From: Alloascoidea hylecoeti
Taxonomy: Eukaryota
Direction: 5' to 3'
NCBI GenBank assembly: GCA_001600815.1
Contig: BCKZ01000005.1
Coordinates: forward strand, 1,117,794-1,181,793
DNA length: 64,000 nt
Every line of letters begins with the position of its first letter. The stretch's first letter is position 1. A program made the position numbers and the translations under genes. Positions 48,857 to 63,061 of this stretch are shown here, piece after piece. The notes under the pieces are model-generated. The model searched no databases. It had not been told where the DNA came from and saw nothing but the letters and a program-made list of their open reading frames with translations.

Positions 48857-49400
48857 TTTTAAATTATATTTTAATTGGTGAAGCAGACAAAGGAGGTTAG
48901 TTTTTCAAGTCCGGGTAAAACCCGAATATACAAATTTGTAGGCGGGATATTAGGAAATGGGCACATTCTGTGTGAATTTCTAGCATTGTTTGTTAAGTTA
49001 AAGCCTGAAAATTGATTATCTATTTTTTCCATTTTGTTTATTTTTCCGTTTTATCCTTCTTTCCATTTTATCCCAGTAAAACAACTGATGAAAATGAAGA
49101 TGGAGAAGGAGATGCGCGATGGAGATGGAGATGGAGATGTATGGGTGTTTGTCCTGCACTAAAAAATTTATTTGTTCTATATAATAAGTCCCTTCCTTTT
49201 TTTCATATAAACTGATAAAAATCATTCCTGATATATATATTTCCTGTCAACTCTCTGGTTTTTGTTTCTGCATGTATTGTCTTCCTTCATATCTTTCAAT
49301 TGGGACTATATTAAATTCATACATAAAATTTTACTCTTTTCCATTTTAAAAATACTTCATTCTAAATAATATTTCACTAGTTACTCATTATCACAAAATA

Positions 49401-50435
49401 ATGTCTTTTGATGGGAATTTAAACTTGGCTTCTTTACTGGATATTGATGAAAATGACCCTTTACTAAATCACTTTGATGGTAACGAAACGAAAGAATCTT
49501 GGCATTCCAATCTATCTCCAAATAATAATATTAATACTGATGAGATGCACCAAGAAAATATCAATTATCAAGAAGTCAATCCTCCCCTAGACCTTGGATT
49601 TTTTAAAGGTAGTGATGAAGAAATGGAAAAGGCAATGAATGAATTAGATAAATTATTGGATAACATTGGAAATCAGGAGGATAATTCCTCTTCAATAATA
49701 CAAAATACAGTTAAAAATGAGGAAATACCTTCCTTCCCATTCACTTTGGATGCCGATAGGAATGCAATAAATAATACACAAACGTACGAAATGCAATATC
49801 CTGAACCATCTGATGTTCCTCATATTTTAGAAAAACAACCTTCGATTAAAAGAAAATCTACATCTGCAAGACATAACTCAATGTTTATTCCTCAAAAGTC
49901 TAGAAAGAAGTTAAATACAATACGTGACAATATAGCTAATAGTTCTTTTAAAACCGATTCGGATGCTCCTTTTTCCATAGCGGAATTAACTCCTGAACAA
50001 TCTCAATCTCCAGAATCGGTCATTTCCACCATTTCAGACTCAAATATCAATACAAGCACAAATATTATAAATAATACATCCGAAGAAAAAAAACATACCA
50101 CTCAACCCTCAAACTCACAATCTACATCTACTGTTAATTCTACTACTAATCACAGAAATATTAACCTTGAATCAATAACATCAGCAGCTGTCAAAGAAAT
50201 GAAAGAAAGAATCATCTCTTCTCATTCTTTAATTACAACCTACACAGCTTTAAAAAACGCCTATGTCAATGTTTGTTCACAAGTAAAAGAAACAAATTTA
50301 ATCTTAGAAAAAACTGAAATTAATAATAATAAACTAAAAATTGAAAATCTTAAATTGAAACAAGAAAATAAACAACTAAAATTGAAATTTCAAGAAATAT
50401 CAAAAAAATTAATCATAAAAGAAACAACTTCTTAG
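49401..50435 (+). CDS. Low-complexity protein with C-terminal coiled coil, Atc1/Lic4-like
   Basis: 344-aa ORF; VKEMKERIISSHSLI..Y..LKNAY..VC..VK resembles the Atc1 C-terminal motif as recalled. Confidence 0.6.
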   Translation: MSFDGNLNLASLLDIDENDPLLNHFDGNETKESWHSNLSPNNNINTDEMHQENINYQEVNPPLDLGFFKGSDEEMEKAMNELDKLLDNIGNQEDNSSSIIQNTVKNEEIPSFPFTLDADRNAINNTQTYEMQYPEPSDVPHILEKQPSIKRKSTSARHNSMFIPQKSRKKLNTIRDNIANSSFKTDSDAPFSIAELTPEQSQSPESVISTISDSNINTSTNIINNTSEEKKHTTQPSNSQSTSTVNSTTNHRNINLESITSAAVKEMKERIISSHSLITTYTALKNAYVNVCSQVKETNLILEKTEINNNKLKIENLKLKQENKQLKLKFQEISKKLIIKETTS

Positions 50436-53388
50436 TATACCATATGTTTTAACATATCTCTTAAATATATTACCAATGTTCCATAGCTGCATTTCATAAT
50501 AAATTCATTCCATTTGTTCCATTTATTTCATTTGGTATCTTAATGTTTTGTACACAAATTTGTTTATAAACCTTCTATTCATATTAATATTAATATTAAA
50601 TCGCCTTTTTAAATCTTATACATAACATAAATAAATCATGAACATTTCTGTACTTTTCTTCTCTGTAATTGCAATTGCAATTTCATCTGAACTTCGAATT
50701 CTTTAACTATATACGGATATAAGCTATAATATATATATTTATAATAGCAGCAATTATTGTAGAGATAAAACAATCAAATTCCATTACAAATAAATGTATC
50801 TATTCCAACGGCAATGCATATGGAAAGCCATCTGCGGCTCCGTATTAAGTTCTTATAATTTATATGTCATTTCATAATATAAAATAACTATAATGTTATA
50901 ACTACATATATTATAATTAATATTACTACAATCCTAAGGTTTGATCTGTAATTAACATAAAAAAACTGCCAAATATAGAACCATATAATTATTAACACAA
51001 ATTAATATCAATTGCTACTTGTATCAATCACTTTATTTAATAGGAAACATAAACGTTAACGTTAATAGTTAAAGCCACGGGTTTATAATTTCTAAATATT
51101 TCAACAGTAAATCTATATTAGGTATATATATTTCAATAAATCATGAATATAATTCTTTGTAAAAGAATTGTGGGGAGTTTCTAATATTTAACGCCTTCAT
51201 AACTATATGGTATGTTATAAAATATATAATACAAATGAACGATGTTTCTTAATTTTTTTCTATAGTTAATAATAAGTTTCATATACCAGTGAAGTGAATT
51301 ATATAGCCATAACTATTAAAACTCTTTAAAGTGACTTTTACCGTTTTTGATTTATAATTAATTAATATTCTGACAGATAACAGACTTAAATAACTCATCA
51401 GGAGTTATCGATCATTTATAAATTTAAATCATCCATTGTACCGGTATATACATATCAGACTAAACTTGATGATTAATTTATTATCCTTTGCAATTGTAAC
51501 TCTAAGTTCAAATTTTAGAAAAACTTGAGTGCAAGATACTTCTAACTATAGCTAACTTACCTTAACACTTCTCTATATAATTAATAATATAATATCAATG
51601 ATCATGAAACTTATTTCAACAGCGTTTTAATTGAAGTCAAACTAATCTTAATATAATTAATTATACTATCATAGCGTACACATATACCATAGCTATTTTT
51701 CTTATAATTATGATTATTCCATCAATTACAAAAAAATCGATATAATACATGCATATATAAACGTGTATACGGTTAATCATAACGCTCTTGTCTTAAATTT
51801 ATTCAAACATAGGTATATTATTTAATTTGTAGCTATAGTTATAGGCTAGGCAACAACGAAATGTTGTATTTATAAAATGTATTTGCATTTGACCATATAG
51901 ATTGCAATGCATGTATAGCTTACACATATGTATAGTAATGACACAATATTAATATATTAATATCAGATGTATATCGCAGTATATAGTAAACTTTGCCAAA
52001 AAAAAACACCCGAATATATGTATTTCTATAGTCATCAAAGCCAAAATATATAAGTTTCACCAAATTTATATTATGCATGTATGGACGCCGTGTTTACCCT
52101 TTGTGGTAATTATTCTTATCCGTAAATTCTAAATGAACTTCTAGCCAAGTCTGCATATGCATTAATATTCAATTGAAATTTCTAGTAACTTACACTCATT
52201 TAAATGACTACTTATAGATCTATATGAAATTACAGTAGGATATATTATAGTTTATAGGTATGTGAGTGGAGTGTTGATGAAAAAGGTTATATGGGGTTAA
52301 ACGTGGCATTCATTGATCTAGGCTGTCATTATCATCTTTTGACAATGTGAAACCCCAATGATGACTGTAGTGTCCAAGGTTTATTATATGAAGGAAATCT
52401 ACGGATCCAGGATCTCTCTGATTAATTCAGTGTTATGTGTGAGCTTAATGATTTTGTGAAGATCTTTTGTTTTTGTAGAGTGTGGATAGGCTGATACATT
52501 TCACATCTGTTAACGTTTTAATACAGTGTCATAACCTCTTCATAACCGTTCTATGGGATTCGGACAAGTTGAAAGCATACCATAAAAAAATGGTAATCTC
52601 ATAAGTATTCCAAGCTTCTTTCATAACATTTATTTTGGAGAATATCCTCCATGTGAATCGCGAACTCTCTGAGACTAAATAGAATATCCAGGATGAATAG
52701 ATCACTTCAAAGTGTTCTCTCTGGTTTAGGCAGCCAAACCCACTTCGTGTAATTAGCCGCTGAGATGTCTCTAATGATATACGCGGAAAGTTTCGAGTTA
52801 ACTTTTATCCAGACTTTTTTTTGTAACTTATCATTATAAATTATCCTAAATTATACTAATATACAAGAGGATAAAATGAATCGAGGAAGATTGTTTTTTT
52901 TTCTTTTTTTTACCTAACCATTTTATTTGAATAGTTTTATATAATAACGGTTTAAATACCTGTACCGTAAAACCTAGTCTGAGATCATATCTAAAGTGAT
53001 CACCTACTTAATTTGAATTTCTGAATTCGTTTTTCCATATTCACCAATTTGATAATTAATGAGGACTCCATTATTAAATCAATAGAACTAAAGCGTCTAA
53101 GGACTCGTATTTGCCATATTACCTCCACACTAAGGCTTATGTGTTTTATAAACTGAAAATCTTCCAAGGATGGACAAATCAAATCATTCAAGCATAGATA
53201 TTTTCCAAGAATTAAATATTACAGTTCTGTTTCAGTACCGTTTTGTAAGCATAGGATAAATTTGTTTAATGTACCCACTGCCCGAGAATGAAGGGGCCAA
53301 TGATAACTGTACTGTCTGAGATTAAAACGATGTAAAAAATCCACGGACCAGGTTTATATAAATAAACGGAATTTTGAAAAAAGAAATC

Positions 53389-53460
53389 GGGCCGAGCTGG
53401 GAATTGAACCCAGGGCCACTCGCACCCAAAGCGAGTATCATACCACTAGACCACACGGCC
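53389..53460 (-). tRNA. tRNA-Pro(UGG), intronless
   Basis: GGCCGTGTGGTCTAGTGGTATGATACTCGCTTTGGGTGCGAGTGGCCCTGGGTTCAATTCCCAGCTCGGCCC; anticodon arm CTCGC-TT TGG GT-GCGAG; T-run terminator follows. Confidence 0.97.
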
Positions 53461-53519
53461 GAACTTTTTCCAATTAGAATTTGAGGTTATCTAGGATGAA
53501 TCTATGAAAGGTTAATAAG

Positions 53520-53834
53520 TAGAGCTAAGGAAAAATATTAGATTTGCAGGGACACCACCACAAATATTAAATGAGATTGATTGGGGGATTCTAAAATCTA
53601 AAAACTTGAAAAAGTAAATATATCTAAAAAAAAAATAAAAAAAATTACTTTTAAGGTGGTCTAGGTTCATAAGAAGAGAAGAAAGAAGAGTGTCAAGAAT
53701 ACACAAAAATAAGAAGAATAGAAAAAGAGGTTTTTATTTCACTATATATATAGTAGAGATTTCCTCAGAATTTACATAGTTTCTAGTTATATAATTTAAT
53801 TGGAAAATATATGAAAAGTTAAAAAAAAAAAAAA
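53520..53834 (+). mobile_element. Poly(A)-tailed repeat copy 1 (left arm of inverted repeat); probable 5'-truncated LINE 3' end
   Basis: Nearly identical to the reverse complement of 54859-55177; ends in A14. Confidence 0.7.
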
Positions 53835-54530
53835 GGAACACCCTGAAGAGACACGATGGATACATTTGCCCACCTTGGGATATGTTACTCACATGCTACA
53901 TCATAATAAAGAAGCAAAACAATTGTGGTAAAAATCTGATATTTGTAGTTTATGTTAACAAGGTAAAGACGACATATTTCAGAACCAATTTTATCCATTT
54001 TTGGAATTAGACAAATTACAGGGATATTTCTTTAATTTTCAAAAGCGTATTACATTATTCATCTTTTAAAGCATTCCTTAAAAATGAGATGCCCAAACTC
54101 TTTAAACTATCAATACTTAAAACAGTATTAATTGTACCCAGATCACTCTTTCTGCATACAATAGGCCTTGTAAAGTTATAAAAGGATGATTCAACTGTTT
54201 TTTAACTTTAAATTGTTTTTAACTTTACAGGTCAGTTAGAAATCCTATTCACGGGCGAAGCCTTACATTACAACAGTGTGGAGACTCAATCCTTCTGGAA
54301 AAATCCGGGACCCCGGGCAATACCCACTAAAAACTCCCAGATGCTTTCACCGTAAGCACTCTAGTGATGGCTTCTCAGCCAATATGACAAACGTTTAATA
54401 GTCTTTATATGGGTGTGCTAATTCCCAAACCTTTTGTCGCGCATCAGAATCGAACTTAGGTCGCTAGAACGATTAAGAGTTGTTACTAATCAGTATGCAC
54501 CACTTTGCATAGAGGGCATCGGCTTACTGG

Positions 54531-54805
54531 GCGTGAAAGTTTACTCTAAAGATAAAAGGAAACAAAACTACCAAAAGAAAACTCAGACTGCCACACAATT
54601 ATGTCTTGGTAGTCGAAAACTCAATAATCAATAATATAACCAAAAATGATGAACTGTCTGAAACTTGTCACGACTTATCACTTTTTCAGTTCAATCAATA
54701 ACCTGTTAATATCAAAGAATCCACTCTTGAAGATCAAAAACTCGAACTAGCTAAAAATATAAACTACTACTTCAAACTATATAATCTATGTAATCCGTAA
54801 GTTTT
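54531..54805 (-). repeat. Dispersed repeat, homologous to 39375-39680
   Basis: Shared blocks AAACTTACGGATTACATAGATTATATA, AAGTCGTGA, GACAAGTTTCAGACAGTTCATCATT, ATTGAGTTTT in the same order. Confidence 0.85.
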
Positions 54806-54858
54806 GTAGATTTCTTCTGGAATTGTGTTTCCCACACGTCATTACCTGTTGCGCCAAA

Positions 54859-55440
54859 TTTTTTATTTTTTAACTTTTCATATATTTTCCAATTAAATTA
54901 TATAACTAGAAACTATGTAAATTCTGAGGAAATCTCTACTATATATATAGTGAAATAAAAACCTCTTTTTCTATTCTTCTTATTTTTGTGTATTCTTGAC
55001 ACTCTTCTTTCTTCTCTTCTTATGAACCTAGACCACCTTAAAAGTAATTATTTTTTTTAATTTTTTTTTTATTAGATATTTTTTACTTTTTCAAGTTTTT
55101 AGATATTAGAATCCCCCAATCAATCTCATTTAATATTTGTGGTGTCCCTGCAAATCTAATATTTTTTCTTAGCTCTAGTGCCTTTTTGATAAAAGCCCCA
55201 TTTTTCTATATTGTTTTCTTTTGTATTTATGATCAATAATTTGATCCCAATTCTTTCTCTCCCTGACATCATCTTCTTTAGTATTTTTATTGTTGAGCAA
55301 TCTTCAAATAGATGTAATTGTTCAATAAATGATGAAGTTGTCCCACCTATAGAAATAATATATAATCAATTTAAAAGATTAATAATTGATACAGTCGCAA
55401 TCAGCTAATCATAGGAATATGCATTTTTAAAAGTCAGGGA
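54859..55440 (-). mobile_element. Poly(A)-tailed repeat copy 2 (right arm 54859-55177 plus 5' extension); probable L1/Zorro-like 3' fragment
   Basis: Minus strand reads ...EQLHLFEDC (55297-55314; HLF..C of the L1 ORF2 zinc knuckle), then LRKNIRF, then UTR and A-rich tail. The 5' boundary is approximate. Confidence 0.6.
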
Positions 55441-55488
55441 ATCAAGTAGCGATTCATCAATTGAAGACTACAAACCGACAGTCTCTTA

Positions 55489-55550
55489 AATTACGAGCAC
55501 AACAAGAATTCACTTTAATTACGAGCACAACAAGAATTCACTTTAATTAC
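55489..55550 (+). repeat. 28-bp perfect tandem duplication in the RPS31 3' region
   Basis: AATTACGAGCACAACAAGAATTCACTTT x2 + AATTAC. Confidence 0.92.
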
Positions 55551-55626
55551 AACAAAGAAATTTGAAAGATGTTAATGTTAGAATACATTATAATAGTTAC
55601 AAAGATTCATTAATCGTGTTCATTAT

Positions 55627-56112
<486 letters not shown>

Positions 56113-56164
56113 TTATTAAGCAATACTTCGCGATACATCCATGCACCAATGAAAAATATCGAAA

Positions 56165-56206
56165 TGTGACTGGCTTTCTTTATTGAGATATCGTATGTTA
56201 GGGCTA
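56165..56206 (+). promoter_or_regulatory. Homol-D (TGTGACTG 56165-56172) and Tbf1-type TTAGGGCTA (56198-56206) in the RPS31/PUS5 divergent promoter
   Basis: Exact motif matches within a 237-bp intergenic region. Confidence 0.6.
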
Positions 56207-56316
56207 AACCACAGAGAGAGTCCGGTAGTTGAAAAGCACAACTTACTGGAACACAAATTGAGTTTCATAATATAAAATGAAAAATGAGCAGTACAAAACA
56301 TTAAAGAATATAAATA

Positions 56317-57248
56317 ATGTACAAAATACATCCAAGAATCCCAAGAATTCAAATATTACTGGAATCAAAACATCATTTAGTTATTAATAAACCTCCTCTA
56401 ATATATTCACAACCTCCTTCTTACAATACATATACAGGACATGAATCTGTGATTCCAACACTTATTAAACAATATCCAGATTTATCGAATCTTTTCCCTG
56501 TTCAACGATTAGATTATGGAGTATCTGGTGCTATGGTAATTGCCAAATCATCACAGGCTGCTCAAAAGTTTGCCAAAAATTTAGCCAAAGGTGGTAACGT
56601 TGGATATATATTACGAAAAACTGTAAGTCATCTCCTCCTAGATCACAAACGAAAAAAAAAATATAATATTAATAATAGTTATCATTCTTTTAGTACATCG
56701 CAATTCTACATGATATTCAATTGAATATTCCACAATTACAAACAATATCAAATAATAGACTGAAAATGAAAGATGAAAATACTGGATCTATTATTATGCC
56801 ATTATTAAAAGCAATATCACCATCCCCAAAATTTGATCACAAATCTGAAGAAGTTAAACAAACTGCAATAACACATTTTAAAATATTACCAAATATATTA
56901 CCAAAATCTGGATCTAAATTACGAAGATTAGCAATTGTTAGTATTGAGACTGGTCGTAAACATCAAATTCGTCGCCATTTTGCTGAAGGATTAGGTATAC
57001 CAATATTTAATGATATAAAATATTATCCAAGTACTGAAATTGAATTAGAACCAACTTTGGGTACTTTTGATACAAAACAGATTGGATTACATTGCATTAA
57101 AGTTGATACAAAAACAGGCATTGAAGAGATTAAATCAACAATAGCTCCTATTTTATATGGTTCTGGGGATATCTGGGATGGTTTTCTTGATGAAAATAAC
57201 TCTTTACCTAAAGAAGTATTTCAGTCTATAACTAAATATAACTTATAG
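56317..57248 (+). CDS. PUS5: RluA-family pseudouridine synthase Pus5; exons 56317-56622, 56694-57248
   Basis: INKPP..YSQ, VQRLDYGVSG (catalytic Asp), RKT|YIA, ETGRKHQIRRH, PIFNDIKY, IGLH. A GTAAGT...TAG intron joins the two ORFs of the track. Confidence 0.9.
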
Positions 57249-57791
57249 TCGGCGCTGAATTTGAATCAATAAAATGAACAATACGAATAAGACTAGGAAT
57301 AGGTCTTGTATAAATTCTATGTCTAGTTTTAATACTGTTTATATATTGATCCGAAATTGAGCAATTAAATCACAATAAATATACAATGCAAATCAATTAA
57401 TTATTATCTTTACCTTTTATTCAAATCTCAATACTAATATATATAGAATTTTTAACTAAATATTAGGAATAATAATTAACCACTGAAAAACGGTTCAAAA
57501 CAACGTGAGTAATAATCAATTAAGCTAAACGAAGTATTAAAATGAACAAAAAGAAAACAATCATATATGTATAATTATATCATCTTTAATTTTATCCCAA
57601 TTGTATTCTTCTCCTATATATGAATTTGAAATCAAAAATGAATAAACAAGCAAACAAACTAAATGAACTAAACATACTTTTAACCCCAATAATAATTTTT
57701 GAATGAATAAAAAGAGAAATAAAATTTTAAAAAAACAAACTGTTTCGTTTTGAAGGTTGAAATTTGATTTTAAAGATTTAGGAGATGTTAA

Positions 57792-60215
57792 TTATAATCC
57801 CATCCTTAACCAATCCCATTGTGAAATATCAATCTTTTTCTCGCTTCCTTCGACGGAATTATCATTATCATCACTACCTGATTTATTTTGGTTTAATTTT
57901 TGATCTTGTCTTACATCGTCTTTCTCGTTTGAATTTCCACTAGAATTTGGGCTATTATTATCGCTGCTGTTTTCATTTGGATCACTATATGTACCCAAAT
58001 TATCTTCTTCAATCATATGAAATTCAGAAGCTGTAAACATAAATGATTGATTTAAATTATTAAGATTTAGACTCAAATTTGGTAATGAATGGGGTGAATT
58101 GATATCTTGATTTGTATTTCTATTTTCATTTGTTATTGTCGAATGAAAATGATTATCAAAATTTGAGTGATGATTTGATAATTGTGACCGATTATGTTGA
58201 AAATAATAAGGACTTGTTGAATTTTTATTAATATTTGAATTGATATTCGTTATATCATTTGAACCGTGATTGGAAGATGGATATGATGAATAGGAATATG
58301 ATGGTAACGAAGTTGGACTTTCAAAGTCACAATTATTCATTGCTTCATCAAGAGCTTGTGATGGAGTTGAAATATCACTTCTGGAACGTTGATGTAACGA
58401 TGATGGCATTGAAATAGGTGAAGTTGAAGAATTTAATGAAGATGAAGTACCATTATTAAATGATTTTGGTAAAATTGGAACAGGAGCTTTGACTCTCTGT
58501 GGAACAGAGGAACTAGTTATAGCGCTAATTGTTGTAGCTTGCTGTCTTTGATAAAAATTATGATTCATTTGATTAATATTCATAGAAATTTGTGGAGGAT
58601 GAGGATACACATTGTTTTCATTCATATGACCCATAGGTATAGGATATCCTTGAGCATATTGTTGTGGGGTAAATTGTCCAGAGCTATGTAATGATTGATT
58701 ACTATTAGAAGCATTATTTAATGATAAAGTTAATAATGAAACTTTTTGTCCAGATCCATTATAATTATAATTATAACTATTATTGTTATTATCATCATTA
58801 TTATAAGTGAAATTTGTTCCAAAATAAATACTATTTGAAATATTCTGTGCTGATGATTTTCTTGTGTTTCTCTTTTTGATTATGTCTGTTTTTAAAGACA
58901 ATGGTCTTGAAACACCATGAAGTTTTTGAAATAAACCACAAGCATTACAAAGAGGTGAACCTTGTGGATCTCTTCTCCATAAAGGTGTTGTTTTTGTATG
59001 ACAATTTGTACACTCAGTTGGTTTTGAATTTATTGATGATGTAGACGGCTGCTCTTTTTTTGCAGAAGATGATGTAGGTGAAGAAGACATTTCAGACATT
59101 GTGGTAGCGGTAATACCAATAACAGATGAAGAACGTCCCTTTTGATGATTAAATGCATTATTATTAATATTTATTATTCCGCGCTTTATATTTGTTTCGC
59201 GGATAAGCGACTTTGATAGGCTTTGGGCGTCATTTTTGGCAATAGCCGTTAATGATCTCGAGGGTTTCAAACTAGAATTTCTTCTTTTGAATTTAGAATT
59301 GCCGTTAAAGCTTGAAAAATTTGTAGTTGAGTGTTCTTTTGAAGAAATGTTTAAATTGTAATCAGTATTTGGACTATTTCTTGAATTTATGTAATTAGAA
59401 CTTAAACTTGAATCTGAATTTAAAGGACTTAATCCAGATGTTTTTGATGGCGAAGAAGATTGTTCCATTTCATTATTTTGATGGTTATTAATATCATGAT
59501 CAACGGGTATATTCATTTTAAAGTTTGGATTAAAAACAAGTTGTTCATCAAATTTATCATCATCATCATTATTTCCCATTTCAATATCATTATCTTCATC
59601 ATTATTTTTCAGATCAGATTTTATATTTGGTTTTGTTGTTGAAAAAATATTAACATGATCATTAAGTTTATCGATATTGCAATTAGCAGTTGTGTCTATT
59701 GTTGTTGGAGAACAAGAATCTCCATATGCATGATTGATATCATTAATATCATAATCAAAATATTTTGCTAAATCATTAGGTAGTTCAACTGGAGAAGCTG
59801 AAGTAATATCTTCTAGATCTGTAGATGGTTGGAATTCTAAAGGAGAATGGGAATGAGAAGCCATAGGGGTTGATATAGTAGTTAATATTTGGTCATCAGA
59901 TGAAGTAAATAAATCCATAGCGTTGTAGTTAGTGTTGTTTTGTTCGTTATCTATAGGTATGAGGTCAGACTTTTTATCACTTTTCTTTGAAGATTCTTTC
60001 ATATTTTCTTTGATATTGTCAACAAAGTTATGACTACCAGTGGCTGACATTGATATTGTATCTGCAGTCGGTGGAGATAATAGACCAAACTTAGTTGAAG
60101 GTTTACTTGATGTATTAATATTAGTACAATGAACTCTCCACGTTCTATTTTCTATCCGAGGTTGAAACGCTAAAGTTTGCTTTGCCTGAGAATAAATCTG
60201 TAAAATATCGGACAT
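57792..60215 (-). CDS. Nitrogen-regulatory GATA factor, AreA/Gat1/Gln3 family
   Basis: N-terminal RIENRTWR (DUF1752), [50 protein letters not shown]-terminal WDWLRMGL. Confidence 0.93.
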   Translation of the reverse strand: MSDILQIYSQAKQTLAFQPRIENRTWRVHCTNINTSSKPSTKFGLLSPPTADTISMSATGSHNFVDNIKENMKESSKKSDKKSDLIPIDNEQNNTNYNAMDLFTSSDDQILTTISTPMASHSHSPLEFQPSTDLEDITSASPVELPNDLAKYFDYDINDINHAYGDSCSPTTIDTTANCNIDKLNDHVNIFSTTKPNIKSDLKNNDEDNDIEMGNNDDDDKFDEQLVFNPNFKMNIPVDHDINNHQNNEMEQSSSPSKTSGLSPLNSDSSLSSNYINSRNSPNTDYNLNISSKEHSTTNFSSFNGNSKFKRRNSSLKPSRSLTAIAKNDAQSLSKSLIRETNIKRGIININNNAFNHQKGRSSSVIGITATTMSEMSSSPTSSSAKKEQPSTSSINSKPTECTNCHTKTTPLWRRDPQGSPLCNACGLFQKLHGVSRPLSLKTDIIKKRNTRKSSAQNISNSIYFGTNFTYNNDDNNNNSYNYNYNGSGQKVSLLTLSLNNASNSNQSLHSSGQFTPQQYAQGYPIPMGHMNENNVYPHPPQISMNINQMNHNFYQRQQATTISAITSSSVPQRVKAPVPILPKSFNNGTSSSLNSSTSPISMPSSLHQRSRSDISTPSQALDEAMNNCDFESPTSLPSYSYSSYPSSNHGSNDITNINSNINKNSTSPYYFQHNRSQLSNHHSNFDNHFHSTITNENRNTNQDINSPHSLPNLSLNLNNLNQSFMFTASEFHMIEEDNLGTYSDPNENSSDNNSPNSSGNSNEKDDVRQDQKLNQNKSGSDDNDNSVEGSEKKIDISQWDWLRMGL

Positions 60216-63030
60216 TTTATTTCATTTGAGGGTTGTTTAAAAATGAAGAGTTTTGAAGGTTAGATATTTGATTTTGTCGAAATGAAGTTTGTTATATAAC
60301 TACGCTACATATAAAAAATGTATATTGTTCGGTCGCCGCCGGCGCTCTTTACATTATGCTGCTGGAATGCTTTCACATCGGCTGGTCAGCGATGCAAATG
60401 CAAATGCACATATACGTACACTTTTCTGCATTGTGATGAAAAATACTTCTTTTAACTGCAACTGACCAGTGTGTGTTAATTGGTGATTATTATTGATCAT
60501 GAAAATTTTGAAAAAGTTTTTTCCTTAGGTTATACTGATTATTAATTTCTTAATTTTAACGGATGAATGTCTCACGCTTTTATTGTGAAAACTTTCACAT
60601 CATACTAAAATTTTTCGATGATCTCCTCTAAATTAAACAAATACATCAATATCAATTATAAATATTCCGGGGTTAATTTCCTTTAGTATACATGTAATTA
60701 CACAAAACCAGCTTCATGATAATAAATTGTTCAATCGTTAATTAGCATTAGTTACCTATAACATTTAAAGGCATGTGATCGTGGAAGCTATATCAAAAAT
60801 TTATTGCAACCATTACCATCAAATCATAGTATCAAATTGTATCATGTCTATACTACTTGACGTAATATCTAGATTTATCGAAAGGATTGATTTCTAGATT
60901 CAATGTTTAATTAATGCAACATTTATCTTACAGGACGCTTGTGCTTCATCGGGATAGTCATAAATAATCATTATATTCGTCCATTTTAGTTGTTGTCATC
61001 AACCTTTCAGGTCAAACCATACATTTTATATACCTATTTTATACTGAATTTTTTGTTTTATAGCTTAGAAGACAAGCTTAAACACTTTTATAGCTATATA
61101 AATATACTGGTACCATATATATGACATTATATGTGCATTTCATTTATACATTAATATTGTCTCATGATAAAAATACATGTATTCATGGAAACCGCCGTTT
61201 ACTCCAGGTCCCAAAACTTCTAAAAGACCCCACTTATAAGGTCGATCAGGTAAATCGCAAAACTTTAAACTATTAATTGAGTTAAATAAATTTAAGGCTT
61301 TTTAAAGCCAATTGGAATTTTAAAACAGACAATTTTAATTAAAAATAACTAATTCTATACAGCTAGTTCACTTTCAGACCTTTTTGAATTGGCTACCATT
61401 GATAATAATATTTAAAAGGATTCGAATTCGAAGACTAAAGGAATGAAAAAAGAATAAATTCAAACCCATCTTTTGTAATAATTCTAATTAAACTTTCTCC
61501 TTCAATAATTAGTTCAAGACCATAATTATAAGCTTATTTGTACACGGCTTCAGCGTTTGAATTTATTTTTTAAGCTTATTTCCGTTAAATTCACAAAAAT
61601 GGATACCAACAATTATAACTGAAAATAAATCACAATTGCAACTTTTAAGATCCTATATGGTTATAATATCGTAATTAATTAGTTTTCCATAGGACATCCA
61701 TTTTGAATAATAGACCTATATGGATATTTTTCATTTGATATTAACCCGTTTTTTGGTATATAAAGTTATTTATTTGATTTTAAGTCAAAAGGATATCCAA
61801 ATTAATTGCCAGATATCCGAGTAATTAGAAAACCTATTACACTTATCCATTGTAGTATGATCGTACAATATATTAATATATAGATATAGTATTGTATAAA
61901 ACAACTGGACCCTAAATAAGCTTAAATCTAGATCCACTTGTATATTTAAGCTTACAAACATACGGTTAATATTAATATTATCATATAACTTAAGCTATGT
62001 AAACATATAAGCTTATATGAAGAGTAAATAATAAATGTTCATTGCAAATTTAAACAATTAATTCCATTTTCATGTTCTGACATATCCGTCTTCCTTAACC
62101 TTATAAGAAAATCACGTTATAAGATAATTATGAATAAATCTTAACGGCCGCGGGCAGTCTAATTGCAACAGCCTTATCGATCACGAGTAAAGTAATTTTA
62201 CGATCAGAACAAATCCTTAAATTTGATCATCAACTTATAAGTGAAAAGTTATGCATATATAATTAAAATCTAATATTATTATTGATTGAAAAACTTTTCT
62301 TAAAATCTAATGAAGACTTTGTTGTTCTTTTTTTGTAAAATTAATTATAAACTAAATACTACATCAATATTAATTAATATAATTTTTTTTTAATATATAA
62401 TATTATTGTTATACGATCGATTCAAAAATAGGTATGTATCGATCTAGATATAAACTTAAAAAAGAAAAACTTTTCAATTGCAACTTCGATATCATTATTC
62501 TTAAATCTTATACGATATCATTATACAATTGAATATGATACAAAAGATCCGGAACTTATATAAACAAATATCTATAAAAATCTATCCATGTGTGCAATAT
62601 AGGGCCTTATGATATTAATATTAATTATTATATATCCTTTTACCTATATCTACTTTAGATCTCATAATCAGCTATCGCCCGATGTAGAATTTATAACTGA
62701 TAAAAGCTTACACTTACAATTTCAATTAACAACTTACCGTTAGTACTAGTATAAACATATAGGGGCCTATATATATAATTGATTACCGTTTTAATTCATG
62801 TGTTACCCAAAAATTTATTAGTTTTCACAACTTTTCAATATATTCAGGATCTTTTTCCACATGTTTATAAATTTCATGCAATAGTATAGGGATATAATCG
62901 GGCGAATCATCCGATATGGCAATTAATTTAATACCGACTTACTATTATTTTTATTATAATAATTATAATATACTACATGCCATTGATGTTATGGATGATA
63001 TAAATGATATGTGATATCTATGTTTTGGAA

Positions 63031-63061
63031 ACATCCTTAACATCCTTAACATCCTTAACAT
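63031..63061 (+). repeat. 9-bp tandem repeat (ACATCCTTA)x3 with two further nearby copies
   Basis: Read directly from the sequence. Confidence 0.85.

Noticed and set aside
54845..54858. TGGCGCAACAGG after the right repeat arm as an LTR primer-binding site
   Set aside because: The arms lack TG...CA ends and finish in poly(A), and the motif does not match a tRNA 3' end I can identify beyond a few bases.
55489..55550. 28-bp repeat as a CRISPR array
   Set aside because: Only two abutting copies, no spacer, eukaryotic context.
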